Origin: Macrostomum hystrix
Lineage: Eukaryota; Animalia; Platyhelminthes
DNA length: 64,000 nucleotides
Direction of reading: 5' to 3'
Assembly (NCBI GenBank): GCA_950097015.1
Contig: CATNEN010000038.1
Location: 16,368,001-16,432,000, forward strand
This document shows, one piece after another, positions 12,361-25,597 of this stretch; position 1 is the first letter of the stretch, and the number at the start of each line of letters is the position of its first letter. The position numbers and the translations under genes were made by a program. The notes under the pieces were generated by a model. It made no database searches. It was not told where the DNA came from and saw only the letters and a list, made by a program, of their open reading frames with translations.

Positions 12361-13665
12361 GATAGTTATTTAAATAGACCGACAAGACATGGAAGAAGAT
12401 TGAATAGATATTTTAACAGAGTGACTATATATTTTTAATGCATATTCAAATGTCCATGACAAATGTCCAGCAGGTTGACAGATGTCAGTTAAAGATAGAA
12501 TTTATTTTTAAAAGCAGACCGATTTCTTAGAGCTAGCAAAGAGACGATAAAACTAAAAAGTCGATATGTGTACAGAAATATGGATTCACTCAGATCCTTA
12601 TCCAACTGTCTACATTTTGCGGCGATGTGGCAACGTGCCGTGCCGATCCCCTAGAAGACGTGCCTTTTTCTTGAAGCAAAAAATAAAGAGGCACGTTGAA
12701 AATGGGATTACACAATTCGGCATGGCTAAAAGAAGATGGACATACCGCTAGGCTAATTACAAGTGTCAGCTATGGGCAATGATCTCTGCAAGGCTAACAT
12801 TTATCATCACCCCACCCCCTACAAAAATAGATTTCCGTGGGAGAAATCTTGATTAGGAGAAAAAGGGAGCGTTGGTCCGTAGGTCACTGATATTCGGCTG
12901 TGTCAGGAGCAGCTGGTCGGTGGGTCTTCGCTGGTTTCGTGTCTCCGAGCGCTGTCTGTCCAATGTCGACTGGCTTCCCCAAATCGGATGATGGATTGTG
13001 GGAAAAATTGTTGACGTTTAAATCAGTTAGCCGCGGGGGTTCTGTTCTCATCCTCATTCTCTATGGAAGAACTCTGTGTGGGGGGGCAGAAACAAGGTTG
13101 GCGATTGCATTGCGTCATCGCTTGAAACATTTTCTTCTCTTTGCCCAACTAACAATTAAAGCAGACAGTTGAAGCTATGGAAAGAAAAGATTTAATTTCT
13201 GCGCACCCCAAAATAGAGGTATTTGAGTCAATAAAATCCTCTAGCTGTTTTATTTGCTGTCTGGAAAAAAATTGCCTTCAAAGTCAAAAGACGCAGGCCG
13301 ATCCTCGGCGATGTAGGCGGAGCAGTCTTGAAGTCGATTTTGTCTGAGACTCTCGAGTGCCATCACTTCAAGCCCTCCAATCTCTCCCAGCTTTTTGCCA
13401 GGCCTGCTTTTTTGCTTCTGTAGCTTCTACGAAGACTTGCAGCTTATATGAGGAGTTAAATATTTATTCTATTTTTTTCATAGAGCTGGTGCCTGGTGAG
13501 GAAGACACTTTGGCAGGACTTTAAGAAGCAAATTTAATCAAGTTTTTTGTTTTTCAACTTTTCAAAAACTTCTCAATCAGGGGCCGTTTCCCATTGATTT
13601 TTTACCGAAAATTCGCCAATTGGCCATTTGGAGTTACCTTTGTTCTCCTGACATGAGGTGGAACA

Positions 13666-15594
13666 GTGACGAGTGATTCAGTGGGAGTGACAAAGAATTC
13701 AGTAGGAGTGATAAGAGATTCAGTAGGCGTGATAAGAGATTCAGAAGGAGTGATAAGAGATTCAGAAGGAGTGAGAAGAGATTCAGTAGGAGTGACAAGA
13801 GATTCAGTAGGAGTGACAAGAGATTCAGTAGGAGTGATAAGAGATTCAGAAGGAGTGAGAAGAGATTCAGTAGGAGTGACAAAGAATTCAGTAGGCGTGA
13901 TAAGAGATTCAGTAGGAGTGATAAGAGATTCTGTAGGAGTGATAAGAGATTCAGAAGGAGTGATAAGAGATTCAGAAGGAGTGAGAAGAGATTCAGTAGG
14001 AGTGATAAGAGATTCAGTAGGAGTGATAATAGATTCAGTAGGAGTGATAAGAGATTCAGTGGGAGCGACAAGAGATTCAGTAGGAGTGATAAGAGATTCA
14101 GTAGGAGTGATAAGAGATTCAGAAGGAGTGAGAAGAGATTCAGTAGGAGTGACAAAGAATTCAGTAGGCGTGATAAGAGATTCAGAAGGAGTGATAAGAG
14201 ATTCAGAACGAGTGAGAAGAGATTCAGTAGGAGTGACAAGAGATTCAGTAGGAGTGATAAGAGATTCAGAAGGAGTGAGAAGAGATTCAGTAGGAGTGAC
14301 AAAGAATTCAGTAGGCGTGATAAGAGATTCAGTAGGAGTGATAAGAGATTCAGTAGGAGTGATAAGAGATTCAGAAGGAGTGATAAGAGATTCAGAAGGA
14401 GTGAGAAGAGATTCAGTAGGAGTGATAAGAGATTCAGTAGGAGTGATAATAGATTCAGTAGGAGTGATAAGAGATTCAGTGGGAGCGACAAGAGATTCAG
14501 TAGGAGTGAGAAGAGATTCAGTAGGAGTGACAAAGAATTCAGTAGGCGTGATAAGAGATTCAGTAGGAGTGATAAGAGATTCAGTAGGAGTGATAAGAGA
14601 TTCAGAAGGAGTGAGAAGAGATTCAGTAGGAGTGACAAGAGATTCAGTAGGAGTGACAAGAGATTCAGTAGGAGTGACAAGAGATTCAGTAGGAGTGACA
14701 AGAGATTCAGTGGGAGTGACAAGAGATTTCGTGGGAGTGACAAGAGATTCAGAAGGAGTGACAAAGAATTCAGTAGGCGTGATAAGAGATTCAGTAGGAG
14801 TGATAAGAGATTCAGTAGGAGTGATAAGAGATTCAGAAGGAGTGATAAGAGATTCAGAAGGAGTGAGAAGAGATTCAGTAGGAGTGATAAGAGATTCAGT
14901 AGGAGTGATAATAGATTCAGTAGGAGTGATAAGAGATTCAGTGGGAGCGACAAGAGATTCAGTAGGAGTGATAAGAGATTCAGAAGGAGTGAGAAGAGAT
15001 TCAGTAGGAGTGACAAAGAATTCAGTAGGCGTGATAAGAGATTCAGTAGGAGTGATAAGAGATTCAGAAGGAGTGATAAGAGATTCAGAAGGAGTGAGAA
15101 GAGATTCAGTAGGAGTGATAAGAGATTCAGTAGGAGTGATAATAGATTCAGTAGGAGTGATAAGAGATTCAGTGGGAGCGACAAGAGATTCAGTAGGAGT
15201 GATAAGAGATTCAGAAGGAGTGAGAAGAGATTCAGTAGGAGTGACAAAGAATTCAGTAGGCGTGATAAGAGATTCAGTAGGCGTGATAAGAGATTCAGTA
15301 GGAGTGATAAGAGATTCAGAAGGAGTGAGAAGAGATTCAGTAGGAGTGACAAGAGATTCAGTAGGAGTGACAAGAGATTCAGTAGGAGTGACAAGAGATT
15401 CAGTGGGAGTGACAAGAGATTTCGTGGGAGTGACAAGAGATGTTTTAGGAGAGTGACAAGAGATGTTTTAGGAGTGACAAAAGATGTTTTAGGAGAGTGA
15501 CAAGAGATGTTTTAGGAGAGTGACAAGAGATGTTGTAGGAGAGTGACAAGAGATGTTGTAGGAGAGTGACAAGAGATGTTGTAGGAGAGTGACA
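13666..15594. repeat. 21-bp minisatellite (GAGATTCAGTAGGAGTGATAA)n with a 23-bp variant tail (GAGATGTTTTAGGAGAGTGACAA)
   Basis: About 84 units with recurring variant blocks; unit switches at about 15437. Confidence 0.97.
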
Positions 15595-16089
15595 GTACTC
15601 TCTGTAAGATCAACAGCAGTGATCCAACCAGAGCACACTTATAGGTACGAACTCAAGTTTTTTATTTTTGATTCAATGAACTAGTTTTGGCTCGTCTACC
15701 CAATGTTCATTAACCCCCACCAAATTTATTTTATCTCGAACCACGTCCTCATTTTTCTTTTTCCTGTTCAAGCATCGCAGAGTCCAACAAATCCATCCAG
15801 CCCCATTCTGGTGGAACCCAAGCTGGCACCGCCGATAAGGGGAAATAGGCAATTTCGGTTCTTCAGCCAGTCACTGATCCTCATCGTTGGGCACCGATGG
15901 CTTCCTCCAGGCTCAACCATTTTGAAATCTGAGAATAGAGAAAAATATGAGTCACAAATCTTGACCTTATCTTTCGAGAGACAGGCGACCCGTGGCCTGC
16001 CTGACAAAGTCGCCGCCAAAATACGAACCTTCGGTGTCCACTTCTTTGGCGAATAAATATAGATCGGTACTGAAATATTTCACCGCTAC

Positions 16090-16870
16090 TTCATTCCCAA
16101 TTTCTCCCTCTTTTCTCCCGTCTTCTCTCATTCTTTTCCCCTTCCTTTCTCTCCCCTCTCATCCCTTTCCTCTCCTTTATCCTCTTCCTCTTCCATTCCT
16201 CTACCCTTTTGTTTTTGCTCTCCTCTTCCTCTTCTTTTCCTCTTCTTTTCCTCTTCTTTTCCTCTTCCTTTCCTCTTCTTTTCCTCTTCCTTTCCTCTTC
16301 TTTTCCTCTTCCTTTCCTCTTCTTTTCCTCTTCCTTTCCTCTTCTTTTCCCTCTTCTTTTCCTCTTCTTTTCCTCTTCTTTTCCTCTTCTTTTCCTCTTC
16401 CTTTCCTCTTCTTTTCCCTCTTCTTTTCCTCTTCTTTTCCTCTTCTTTTCCTCTTCTTTTCCTCTTCTTTTCCTCTTCCTTTCCTCTTCTTTTCCCTCTT
16501 CTTTTCCTCTTCTTTTCCTCTTCTTTTCCTCTTCTTTTCCTCTTCTTTTCCTCTTCTTTTCCTCTTCTTTTCCTCTTCTTTTCCTCTTCTTTTCCTCTTC
16601 TTTTCCTCTTCTTTTCCTCTTCTTTTCCTCTTCTTTTCCTCTTCCTTTCCTCTTCTTTTCCTCTTCCTTTCCTCTTCTTTTCCCTCTTCTTTTCCTCTTC
16701 TTTTCCTCTTCTTTTCCTCTTCCTTTCCTCTTCTTTTCCTCTTCTTTTCCTCTTCTTTTCCTCTTCCTTTCCTCTTCTTTTCCTCTTCTTTTCCTCTTCT
16801 TTTCCTCTTTTTTTCCTCTTCTTTCCCACGTCTTTTCCCTCTTCTTTCCCTCATTTTTATCCGCTTCCAT
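16090..16870. repeat. Polypyrimidine/polypurine 11-bp satellite (CCTCTTCTTTT)n
   Basis: Essentially pure C/T on the plus strand from about 16215 to 16825. Confidence 0.96.
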
Positions 16871-18142
16871 TTCCTCTTGTCTCTCCTCCCTTCTGTCGCT
16901 GCTCTCATTTCTATTTTTAAATCAGTTTTTAATTCAAGCTTCACTAAATCAGCGCTTAAGTTTTTTGTGCACCCCTAAATGCATTTAAAAAGATTTTTTA
17001 CCTGGCTTAGCAACTGAAATTTGGTGAGCAAAAAAGTTAAACTTAATAATTAAAAACAGGGTTAGGTCTACGCATCTTCCGATTCACGGTTGAACGGACT
17101 TCGAATGCCCAGACAAGAAGAGTGTTAAAACAAGATCGATATAGTAAATGCGCAATTTTTATATATTTTTTTTGTTTAAATTATATGCTTTGCCGTTTTC
17201 TAAGCTTTCACACCTACCCTTCCAAAGAAGAAAATAAAGTTAAGTGTTTAATTTTTCAGCAAAAGTAGGGAAATATGCCAAGCTGAAGAAAATGAGTATT
17301 TATATTCGCAACATACAAGGTCACACACTAAGCTAGGAGAGATAAGGTTTTTTATGCAAGCCGTAATTTCAATGCCTATTATTTATAGAGGCTGGCTGGG
17401 GCTTATTGGCGCTGTCAGGGGTTCGAATCCGCGTGGGTACTAGCGACAATAATTTGTAGGGCTTTTAATTTTAGATAATTATCCTTGCCCAGCTGGCAAA
17501 AGTAGGCCGATTTTTTTAGTTTTTAAACTTTAATTTTTTTACATTTTCAATTAAGCCGATATGTATTGAAAATGTTAAAATCTAACTTTAAAGGCTTGAG
17601 AATATGTCGGACCAACACTGTAAATTGCAACAGGTTGTCATGCGTGTCCCATTTTCGGGAGTGAGTTCAAAATTGAATTGAACTGCCCGCAATATTTTTA
17701 GCTAATCTGGCACGCAAATCAACCGGTTGACTATTTAAAGTGGGCCACAATGGACCAGCATTCAAGATATAATACGCCATTATGTTAAGTAACATTCATT
17801 TCTGGACACTAACTGTGTTTATTGTATGAGAAAAAAACTGAAAACCTGACACGCGATTCGCAAAATTTAGTTAAACATTTTTCCCCAACAAATCCTATTT
17901 AACTAGCAGGTCTATCACGCGATAATTCGATACAAACATTAATATTTTTGAGACAGGCCTTTCTATTACATGTGAAAAATGTTCGGAAAGTAATTGTACT
18001 GTTTTTTCAGTTCTGCATGTTAGCAACCTGTTGTTGGGCACAATGCATTACAGTGAAATAGTCTGCCTGCCTAGAAGTATAGGATCAATGTGGACACCAT
18101 AACTTAAAATATGAATATAAATTCACAAACTTGCTCAAAAAC

Positions 18143-21100
18143 TACATCTCTTCTACTCTCTTCCCATCTACTCCATCTCTTCTACTCTCTTCTCATCTAC
18201 TCCATCTCTTCTACTCTCTTCTCATCTACTCCATCTCTTTTACTCTCTTCTCATCTACTCCATCTCTTCTACTCTCTTCTCATCTACGGGTCCATCTCTT
18301 CTACTCTCTTCTCATCTACTCCATCTCTTCTACTCTCTTCCCATCTACTCCATCTCTTCTACTCTCTTCCCATCTACTCCATCTCTTCTACTCTCTTCCC
18401 ATCTACTCTATCTCTTCTACTCTCTTCTCATCTACTCCATCTCTTCTACTCTCTTCCCATCTACTCCATCTCTTCTACTCTCTTCTCATCTACTCCATCT
18501 CTTCTACTCTCTTCTCATCTACTCCATCTCTTCTACTCTCTTCTCATCTACTCCATCTCTTCTACTCTCTTCCCATCTACTCCATCTCTTCTACTCTCAT
18601 CCCATCTACTCCATCTCTTCTACTCTCTTCCCATCTACTCTATCTCTTCTACTCTCTTCTCATCTACTCCATCTCTTCTACTCTCTTCTCATCTACGGGT
18701 CCATCTCTTCTACTCTCTTCTCATCTACTCCATCTCTTCTACTCTCTTCTCATCTACTCCATCTCTTCTACTCTCTTCCCATCTACTCCATCTCTTCTAC
18801 TCTCTTCTCATCTACTCCATCTCTTCTACTCTCTTCCCATCTACTCCATCTCTTCTACTCTCTTCTCATCTACTCAATCTCTTCTACTCTCTTCCCATCT
18901 ACTCCATCTCTTCTACTCTCTTCTCATCTACTCCATCTCTTCTACTCTCTTCTCATCTACTCCATCTCTTCTACTCTCTTCCCATCTACTCCATCTCTTC
19001 TACTCTCTTCCCATCTACTCCATCTCTTCTACTCTCTTCTCATCTACTCCATCTCTTCTACTCTCTTCCCATCTACTCCATCTCTTCTACTCTCTTCTCA
19101 TCTACTCCATCTCTTCTACTCTCTTCCCATCTACTCCATCTCTTCTACTCTCTTCTCATCTACTCCATCTCTTCTACTCTCTTCTCATCTACTCCATCTC
19201 TTCTACTCTCTTCCCATCTACTCCATCTCTTCTACTCTCTTCTCATCTACGGGTCCATCTCTTCTACTCTCTTCTCATCTACTCCATCTCTTCTACTCTT
19301 TTCTCATCTACGGGTCCATCTCTTCTACTCTCTTCTCATCTACTCCATCTCTTCTACTCTCTTCCCATCTACTCCATCTCTTCTACTCTCTTCCCATCTA
19401 CTCCATCTCTTCTACTCTCTTCTCATCTACTCCATCTCTTCTACTCTCTTACCATCTACTCCATATCTTCTTCTCTCTTCCCATATACTCCATCTCTTCT
19501 ACTCTCTTCCCATCTACTCCATCTCTTTTACTCTCTTCTCATCTACTCCATCTCTTCTACTCTCTTCCCATCTACTCCATCTCTTCTACTCTCTTCTCAT
19601 CTACTCCATCTCTTCTACTCTCTTCCCATCTACTCCATCTCTTCTACTCTCTTCTCATCTACTCCATCTCTTCTACTCTCTTCTCATCTACTCCATCTCT
19701 TCTACTCTCTTCCCATCTACTCCATCTCTTCTACTCTCTTCTCATCTACGGGTCCATCTCTTCTACTCTCTTCTCATCTACTCCATCTCTTCTACTCTCT
19801 TCTCATCTACGGGTCCATCTCTTCTACTCTCTTCTCATCTACTCCATCTCTTCTACTCTCTTCCCATCTACTCCATCTCTTCTACTCTCTTCCCATCTAC
19901 TCCATCTCTTCTACTCTCTTCTCATCTACTCCATCTCTTCTACTCTCTTACCATCTACTCCATATCTTCTTCTCTCTTCCCATATACTCCATCTCTTCTA
20001 CTCTCTTCCCATCTACTCCATCTCTTTTACTCTCTTCTCATCTACTCCATCTCTTCTACTCTCTTCCCATCTACTCCATCTCTTCTACTCTCTTGCCATC
20101 TACTCCATCTCTTTTACTCTCTTCTCATCTACTCCATCTCTTCTACTCTCTTCTCATCTACTCCATCTCTTTTACTCTTTTCCCATCTACTCCATCTCTT
20201 CTACTCTCTTCCCATCTACTCCATCTCTTCTACTCTCTTCTCATCTACGGGTCCATCTCTTCTACTCTCTTCTCATCTACTCCATCTCTTCTACTCTCTT
20301 CTCATCTACGGGTCCATCTCTTCTACTCTCTTCTCATCTACTCCATCTCTTCTACTCTCTTCCCATATACTCCATCTCTTCTACTCTCTTCCCATCTACT
20401 CCATCTCTTCTACTCTCTTCTCATCTACTCCATCTCTTCTACTCTCTTCCCATCTACTCCATATCTTCTACTCTCTTCCCATCTACTCCATCTCTTCTAC
20501 TCTCTTCCCATCTACTCCATCTCTTTACTCTCTTCTCATCTACTCCATCTCTTCTACTCTCTTCCCATCTACTCCATCTCTTCTACTCTCTTCTCATCTA
20601 CTCCATCTCTTCTACTCTCTTCCCATCAACTCCATCTCTTCTTCTCTCTTCCCATCTACTCCATCTCTTTACTCTCTTCTCATCTACTCCATCTCTTCTA
20701 CTCTCTTCCCATCTACTCCATCTCTTCTACTCTCTTCTCATCTACTCCATCTCTTCTACTCTCTTCCCATCTACTCCATATCTTCTTCTCTCTTCTCATC
20801 TACTCCATCTCTTCTACTCTCTTCCCATCTACTCCATCTCTTCTACTCTCTTCCCATCTACTCCATCTCTTCTACTCTCTTCCCATCTACTCCATCTCTT
20901 CTACTCTCTTCCCATCTACTCCATCTCTTTTACTCTCTTCTCATCTACTACATCTCTTCTACTCTCTTCCCATCTACTCCATCTCTTCTACTCTCTTCTC
21001 ATCTACTCCATCTCTTCTACTCTCTTCTCATCTACTCCATCTCTTCTACTCTCTTCCCATCTACTCCATCTCTTCTACTCTCTTCTCATCTACGGGTCCA

Positions 21101-23075
21101 TCTCTTCTACTCTCTTCCCATCTACTCCATATCTTCTACTCTCTTCCCATCTACTCCATCTCTTCTACTCTCTTCCCATCTACTCCATCTCTTTACTCTC
21201 TTCTCATCTACTCCATCTCTTCTACTCTCTTCTCATCTACGGGTCCATCTCTTCTACTCTCTTCCCATCTACTCCATATCTTCTACTCTCTTCCCATCTA
21301 CTCCATCTCTTCTACTCTCTTCCCATCTACTCCATCTCTTTACTCTCTTCTCATCTACTCCATCTCTTCTACTCTCTTCTCATCTACTCCATCTCTTTTA
21401 CTCTTTTCCCATCTACTCCATCTCTTCTACTCTCTTCCCATCTACTCCATCTCTTCTACTCTCTTCTCATCTACGGGTCCATCTCTTCTACTCTCTTCTC
21501 ATCTACTCCATCTCTTCTACTCTCTTCTCATCTACGGGTCCATCTCTTCTACTCTCTTCTCATCTACTCCATCTCTTCTACTCTCTTCCCATCTACTCCA
21601 TCTCTTCTACTCTCTTCCCATCTACTCCATCTCTTCTACTCTCTTCTCATCTACTCCATCTCTTCTACTCTCTTCCCATCTACTCCATATCTTCTACTCT
21701 CTTCCCATCTACTCCATCTCTTCTACTCTCTTCTCATCTACGGGTCCATCTCTTCTACTCTCTTCTCATCTACTCCATCTCTTCTACTCTCTTCCCATCT
21801 ACTCCATCTCTTCTACTCTCTTCCCATCTACTCCATCTCTTCTACTCTCTTCCCATCTACTCCATCTCTTTTACTCTCTTCTCATCTACTACATCTCTTC
21901 TACTCTCTTCCCATCTACTCCATCTCTTCTACTCTCTTCTCATCTACTCCATCTCTTCTACTCTCTTCCCATCTACTCCATCTCTTCTACTCTCTTCTCA
22001 TCTACGGGTCCATCTCTTCTACTCTCTTCCCATCTACTCCATATCTTCTACTCTCTTCCCATCTACTCCATCTCTTCTACTCTCTTCCCATCTACTCCAT
22101 CTCTTTACTCTCTTCTCATCTACTCCATCTCTTCTACTCTCTTACCATCTACTCCATATCTTCTTCTCTCTTCCCATATACTCCATCTCTTCTACTCTCT
22201 TCCCATCTACTCCATCTCTTTTACTCTCTTCTCATCTACTCCATCTCTTCTACTCTCTTCCCATCTACTCCATCTCTTCTACTCTCTTGCCATCTACTCC
22301 ATCTCTTTTACTCTCTTCTCATCTACTCCATCTCTTCTACTCTCTTCTCATCTACTCCATCTCTTTTACTCTTTTCCCATCTACTCCATCTCTTCTACTC
22401 TCTTCCCATCTACTCCATCTCTTCTACTCTCTTCTCATCTACGGGTCCATCTCTTCTACTCTCTTCTCATCTACTCCATCTCTTCTACTCTCTTCTCATC
22501 TACGGGTCCATCTCTTCTACTCTCTTCTCATCTACTCCATCTCTTCTACTCTCTTCCCATCTACTCCATCTCTTCTACTCTCTTCCCATCTACTCCATCT
22601 CTTCTACTCTCTTCCCATCTACTCCATCTCTTCTACTCTCTTCTCATCTACTCCATCTCTTCTACTCTCTTCCCATCTACTCCATCTCTTTTACTCTCTT
22701 CTCATCTACTCCATCTCTTCTACTCTCTTCCCATCTACTCCATCTCTTCTACTTTCTTCCCATCTACTCCATCTCTTTTACTCTCTTCTCATCTACTCCA
22801 TCTCTTCTACTCTCTTCTCATCTACTCCATCTCTTTTACTCTCTTCCCATCTACTCCATCTCTTCTACTCTCTACCCATCTACTCCATCTCTTTTACTCT
22901 CTTCTCATCTACTCCATCTCTTCTACTCTCTTCCCATCTACTCCATCTCTTTTACTCTCTTCTCATCTACTCCATCTCTTCTACTCTCTTCTCATCTACT
23001 CCATCTCTTCTACTCTCTTCCCATCTACTCCATCTCTTCTTCTCTCTTCCCATCTACTCCATCTCTTCTACTCTC
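18143..23075. repeat. 29-bp satellite (CTCCATCTCTTCTACTCTCTTCYCATCTA)n, about 4.9 kb
   Basis: About 170 units, nearly G-free on the plus strand apart from an ACGGGTCC variant; explains the 1684 and 1687 aa pseudo-ORFs. Confidence 0.98.
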
Positions 23076-23854
23076 TATTCTTATCTACTCTATTCTCATA
23101 TTCTCTATTCTCATCTTGTTTCTCCCTTATTCCATTCTTATCTTCTGTTCTCTTCTCTCCAGGGGTTGAAATAAGACAACCGTAAGTTGATCGGCACGTT
23201 TTTGATTACATTTTTCGATTAAAAAAACTTTATCAGGTTTCCATTAAATTAAATAGCTTTCTAAGAATAGATTAACAATCTATAATTTCAGACCCACTGC
23301 TCAGTTTTGATACGATTGTTAACAGGCCAGGACCAATTCTTAGTTCTGTAGATGTTCAATTTCAGGGTGGAATTAGATAGACAAATTAGCTGCTCAAATT
23401 CCTCCCTACTTACACACACACTGATGAGCAACTGTGAGGGGGTGTGTAGCGAGCTCCGAGTTCGCCCCTAAAGGTGACGAAAATATAATGCAATTTTCCG
23501 AACTCGACTCATGCAGAGAAAAGTATCGGTTGCCCGTGTGGGGACCTCGAGCCACAAAGCGCGTTGCCTGCTGCTGCTGCCGCTGCTGCTGCTGAACCAT
23601 GGTGGATTATTATAATTATTGCGATTCCGGCAGGAAGTAGGCCAGCCAGGCCTAGATTTCCATTCTTGATAAAAATACTGAAGATATTTGCTGCTTTGCA
23701 AAAATTTATTAGGGTGGAAATTTAATATTTATGTGCTTTACTATTTACTTAAAGTAGCTATCAAAGAGAAGATGGACGACATTCATACTGACACGGAAGA
23801 TCTTTGTAGTAGTGAGATTGGTCATACTGGGAGTCGTTGCGGTAGAAGACTGGC

Positions 23855-24225
23855 AGATTGAAGGTCATTGGGGTAGAAGACTGATCATACTGAAGGTCAT
23901 TGGGGTAGGAGACTGATCATACTAAAGGTCATTGGGGTAGGAGACTGATCATACTGAAGGTCATTGGGTAGGAGACTGATCGTAGCGTCGGTCATTGGGG
24001 TAGGAGACTGATCATACTAAAGGTCATTGGGGTAGGCGACTGATCATACTGAAGGTCATTGGGGTAGGAGACTGATCATACTGAAGGTCATTGGGGTAGG
24101 AGACTGATCATACTGAAGGTCATTGGGGTAGGAGACTGATCATACTGAAGGTCATTGGGGTAGGAGACTGATCATACTGAAGGTCATTGGGGTAGGAGAC
24201 TGATCATACTGAAGGTCATTGGGGT
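23855..24225. repeat. 32-bp tandem repeat (GACTGATCATACTGAAGGTCATTGGGGTAGGA), about 11 copies
   Basis: Direct tandem copies ending just before a SINE head. Confidence 0.93.
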
Positions 24226-24236
24226 TGTAGTAGAAT

Positions 24237-24586
24237 GAGTGGCAGAGCGGTCTCCTCTCGCACCAAGGTTTCTGAGCTCGATTCCACGGTGAGGCCACAT
24301 TCATTTCAGGCGCAGCCGCGGAGAGGCGCCTTGGGGGCTTGTCGTGCAATTCACGCCCTTTGAGGGTCAACCTCCAAGGCACAGTGAGAGTGTACTCTGC
24401 CTGACGATGAGAAATTCAGGGCAGATGTACACACCTGTGTGAGTGTGTGCTTGCGTACGGTATAGGTGGGCGTGTGTGCTCAGGAGTCAGTGAAACGGGC
24501 AGAACTGCCTCCTCAATGGCTGCCGGTCTAGTGTCACCAAATGATGTGCGATTGCCCGCAGCCCTCCTGCAATTATTATAATTATT
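24237..24586 (+). mobile_element. tRNA-derived SINE, family B, copy 1
   Basis: A-box-like TGGCAGAGCGG, B-box-like GCTCGATTCC and an (ATT)-rich tail; colinear over its length with the inverted copy at 63043-63396. Confidence 0.75.
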
Positions 24587-25597
24587 TGATTTGGAGATTT
24601 ATTATATTGAGGGTCCCCGTGGCAGGATACTGGCAGGTAATTTGCAATGAGACTATTACTGTAAAACCATTTTGCGAGTTGAAATTAATTGCAGCCGCCT
24701 TCAGTTCTGATTCACGCTACTCATAGTAGCACGCACTAAATTTTTAATAAAAAAATTATAGAATATCCACTATATACTCCAGGATTCTCATAGTGCACAG
24801 AGGAATAAAGCTAGAAATAGCGCACGCACTCTCCGGTTGTCCGATGAAATTTAATTTTCTCTCGTCTGCAAAATTCCTCCCCTCCCCAGTCAGTGACACT
24901 TCGGGTGCGCCTTTGTCGGCGAAAATGCATCATTTATTTCTCCTCTCCAGGGGGGGGGTTGGAGAGTGCATAGTGAGACTTCGATCCCCATACTCAATCA
25001 GAGGATATCCCTACCAGTAATCTAGAATCTCTAGGACAATTCGTTCACAGATTCTAATTTTAGCTTCTGATTTCGCTGAGTCAATGATTCCCCTCCACCA
25101 AGATTTTGTGTTTTTTTAAATAGAAGCGTTCAAACAAAATATATATGTTCTGACATTTTTAGTGACGGGCGATAATGGACTGATTCGATTGAATAAATCT
25201 AATCGGACCTACCGCGCGATCATGCAGCAACGAACCGTGCACACATCCCATGCCGCCCACGCACTATTGGTCAGTAAAAATCCACAAATGGATGCATTTG
25301 TTATACTTTGGGAATGGGATGATTAATCTGAGCATCAGATCCTTTCTGTTTATTTAATCTTAGACAAGTACCTGTTCCTTCTCTGATTTGTAATTATTAC
25401 TTGGCAATATCCTTGCGACCATTAACAAGTATAATATAAGACCATCTAGTTTATAGGTTTTTACACCCTTGATTTAGCGACAAAAATGAGCTTATCAACT
25501 GGTTCCCTGAACGCCCTATTTATGACCCACTCATAATAAGACCTAGCACTTTCGATGACATGTGTCATCGTGCATTTTTTTCTTAGAGCCTGGGCAA

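Noticed and set aside
12880-13450. GC-richer exon-like patches (also 26530-26700)
   Set aside because: No consistent frame, splice-site pair or recognisable homology by eye.
13634-15456. 600 aa leucine-repeat and 596 aa GVIRDS ORFs
   Set aside because: Both strands are open only because the 21-bp unit has no stop in those frames; no gene context.
15992-16988. K/R/E-rich and F/S/L-rich ORFs
   Set aside because: An 11-bp polypyrimidine satellite open in nearly all frames.
17390-17445. B-box-like GGTTCGAATCC (similar weak motifs at about 45185 and, on the minus strand, about 5975)
   Set aside because: No cloverleaf or second copy in the window; at most decayed SINE heads.
18111-23185. 1687 aa and 1684 aa ORFs
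   Set aside because: Translations of a 29-bp G-poor satellite that lacks stop codons; open in several frames with no domain content.
23855-24225. CRISPR-like regular repeats (also 6419-6646 and 58920-59275)
   Set aside because: Head-to-tail units with no unique spacers, no cas genes and a eukaryotic context.
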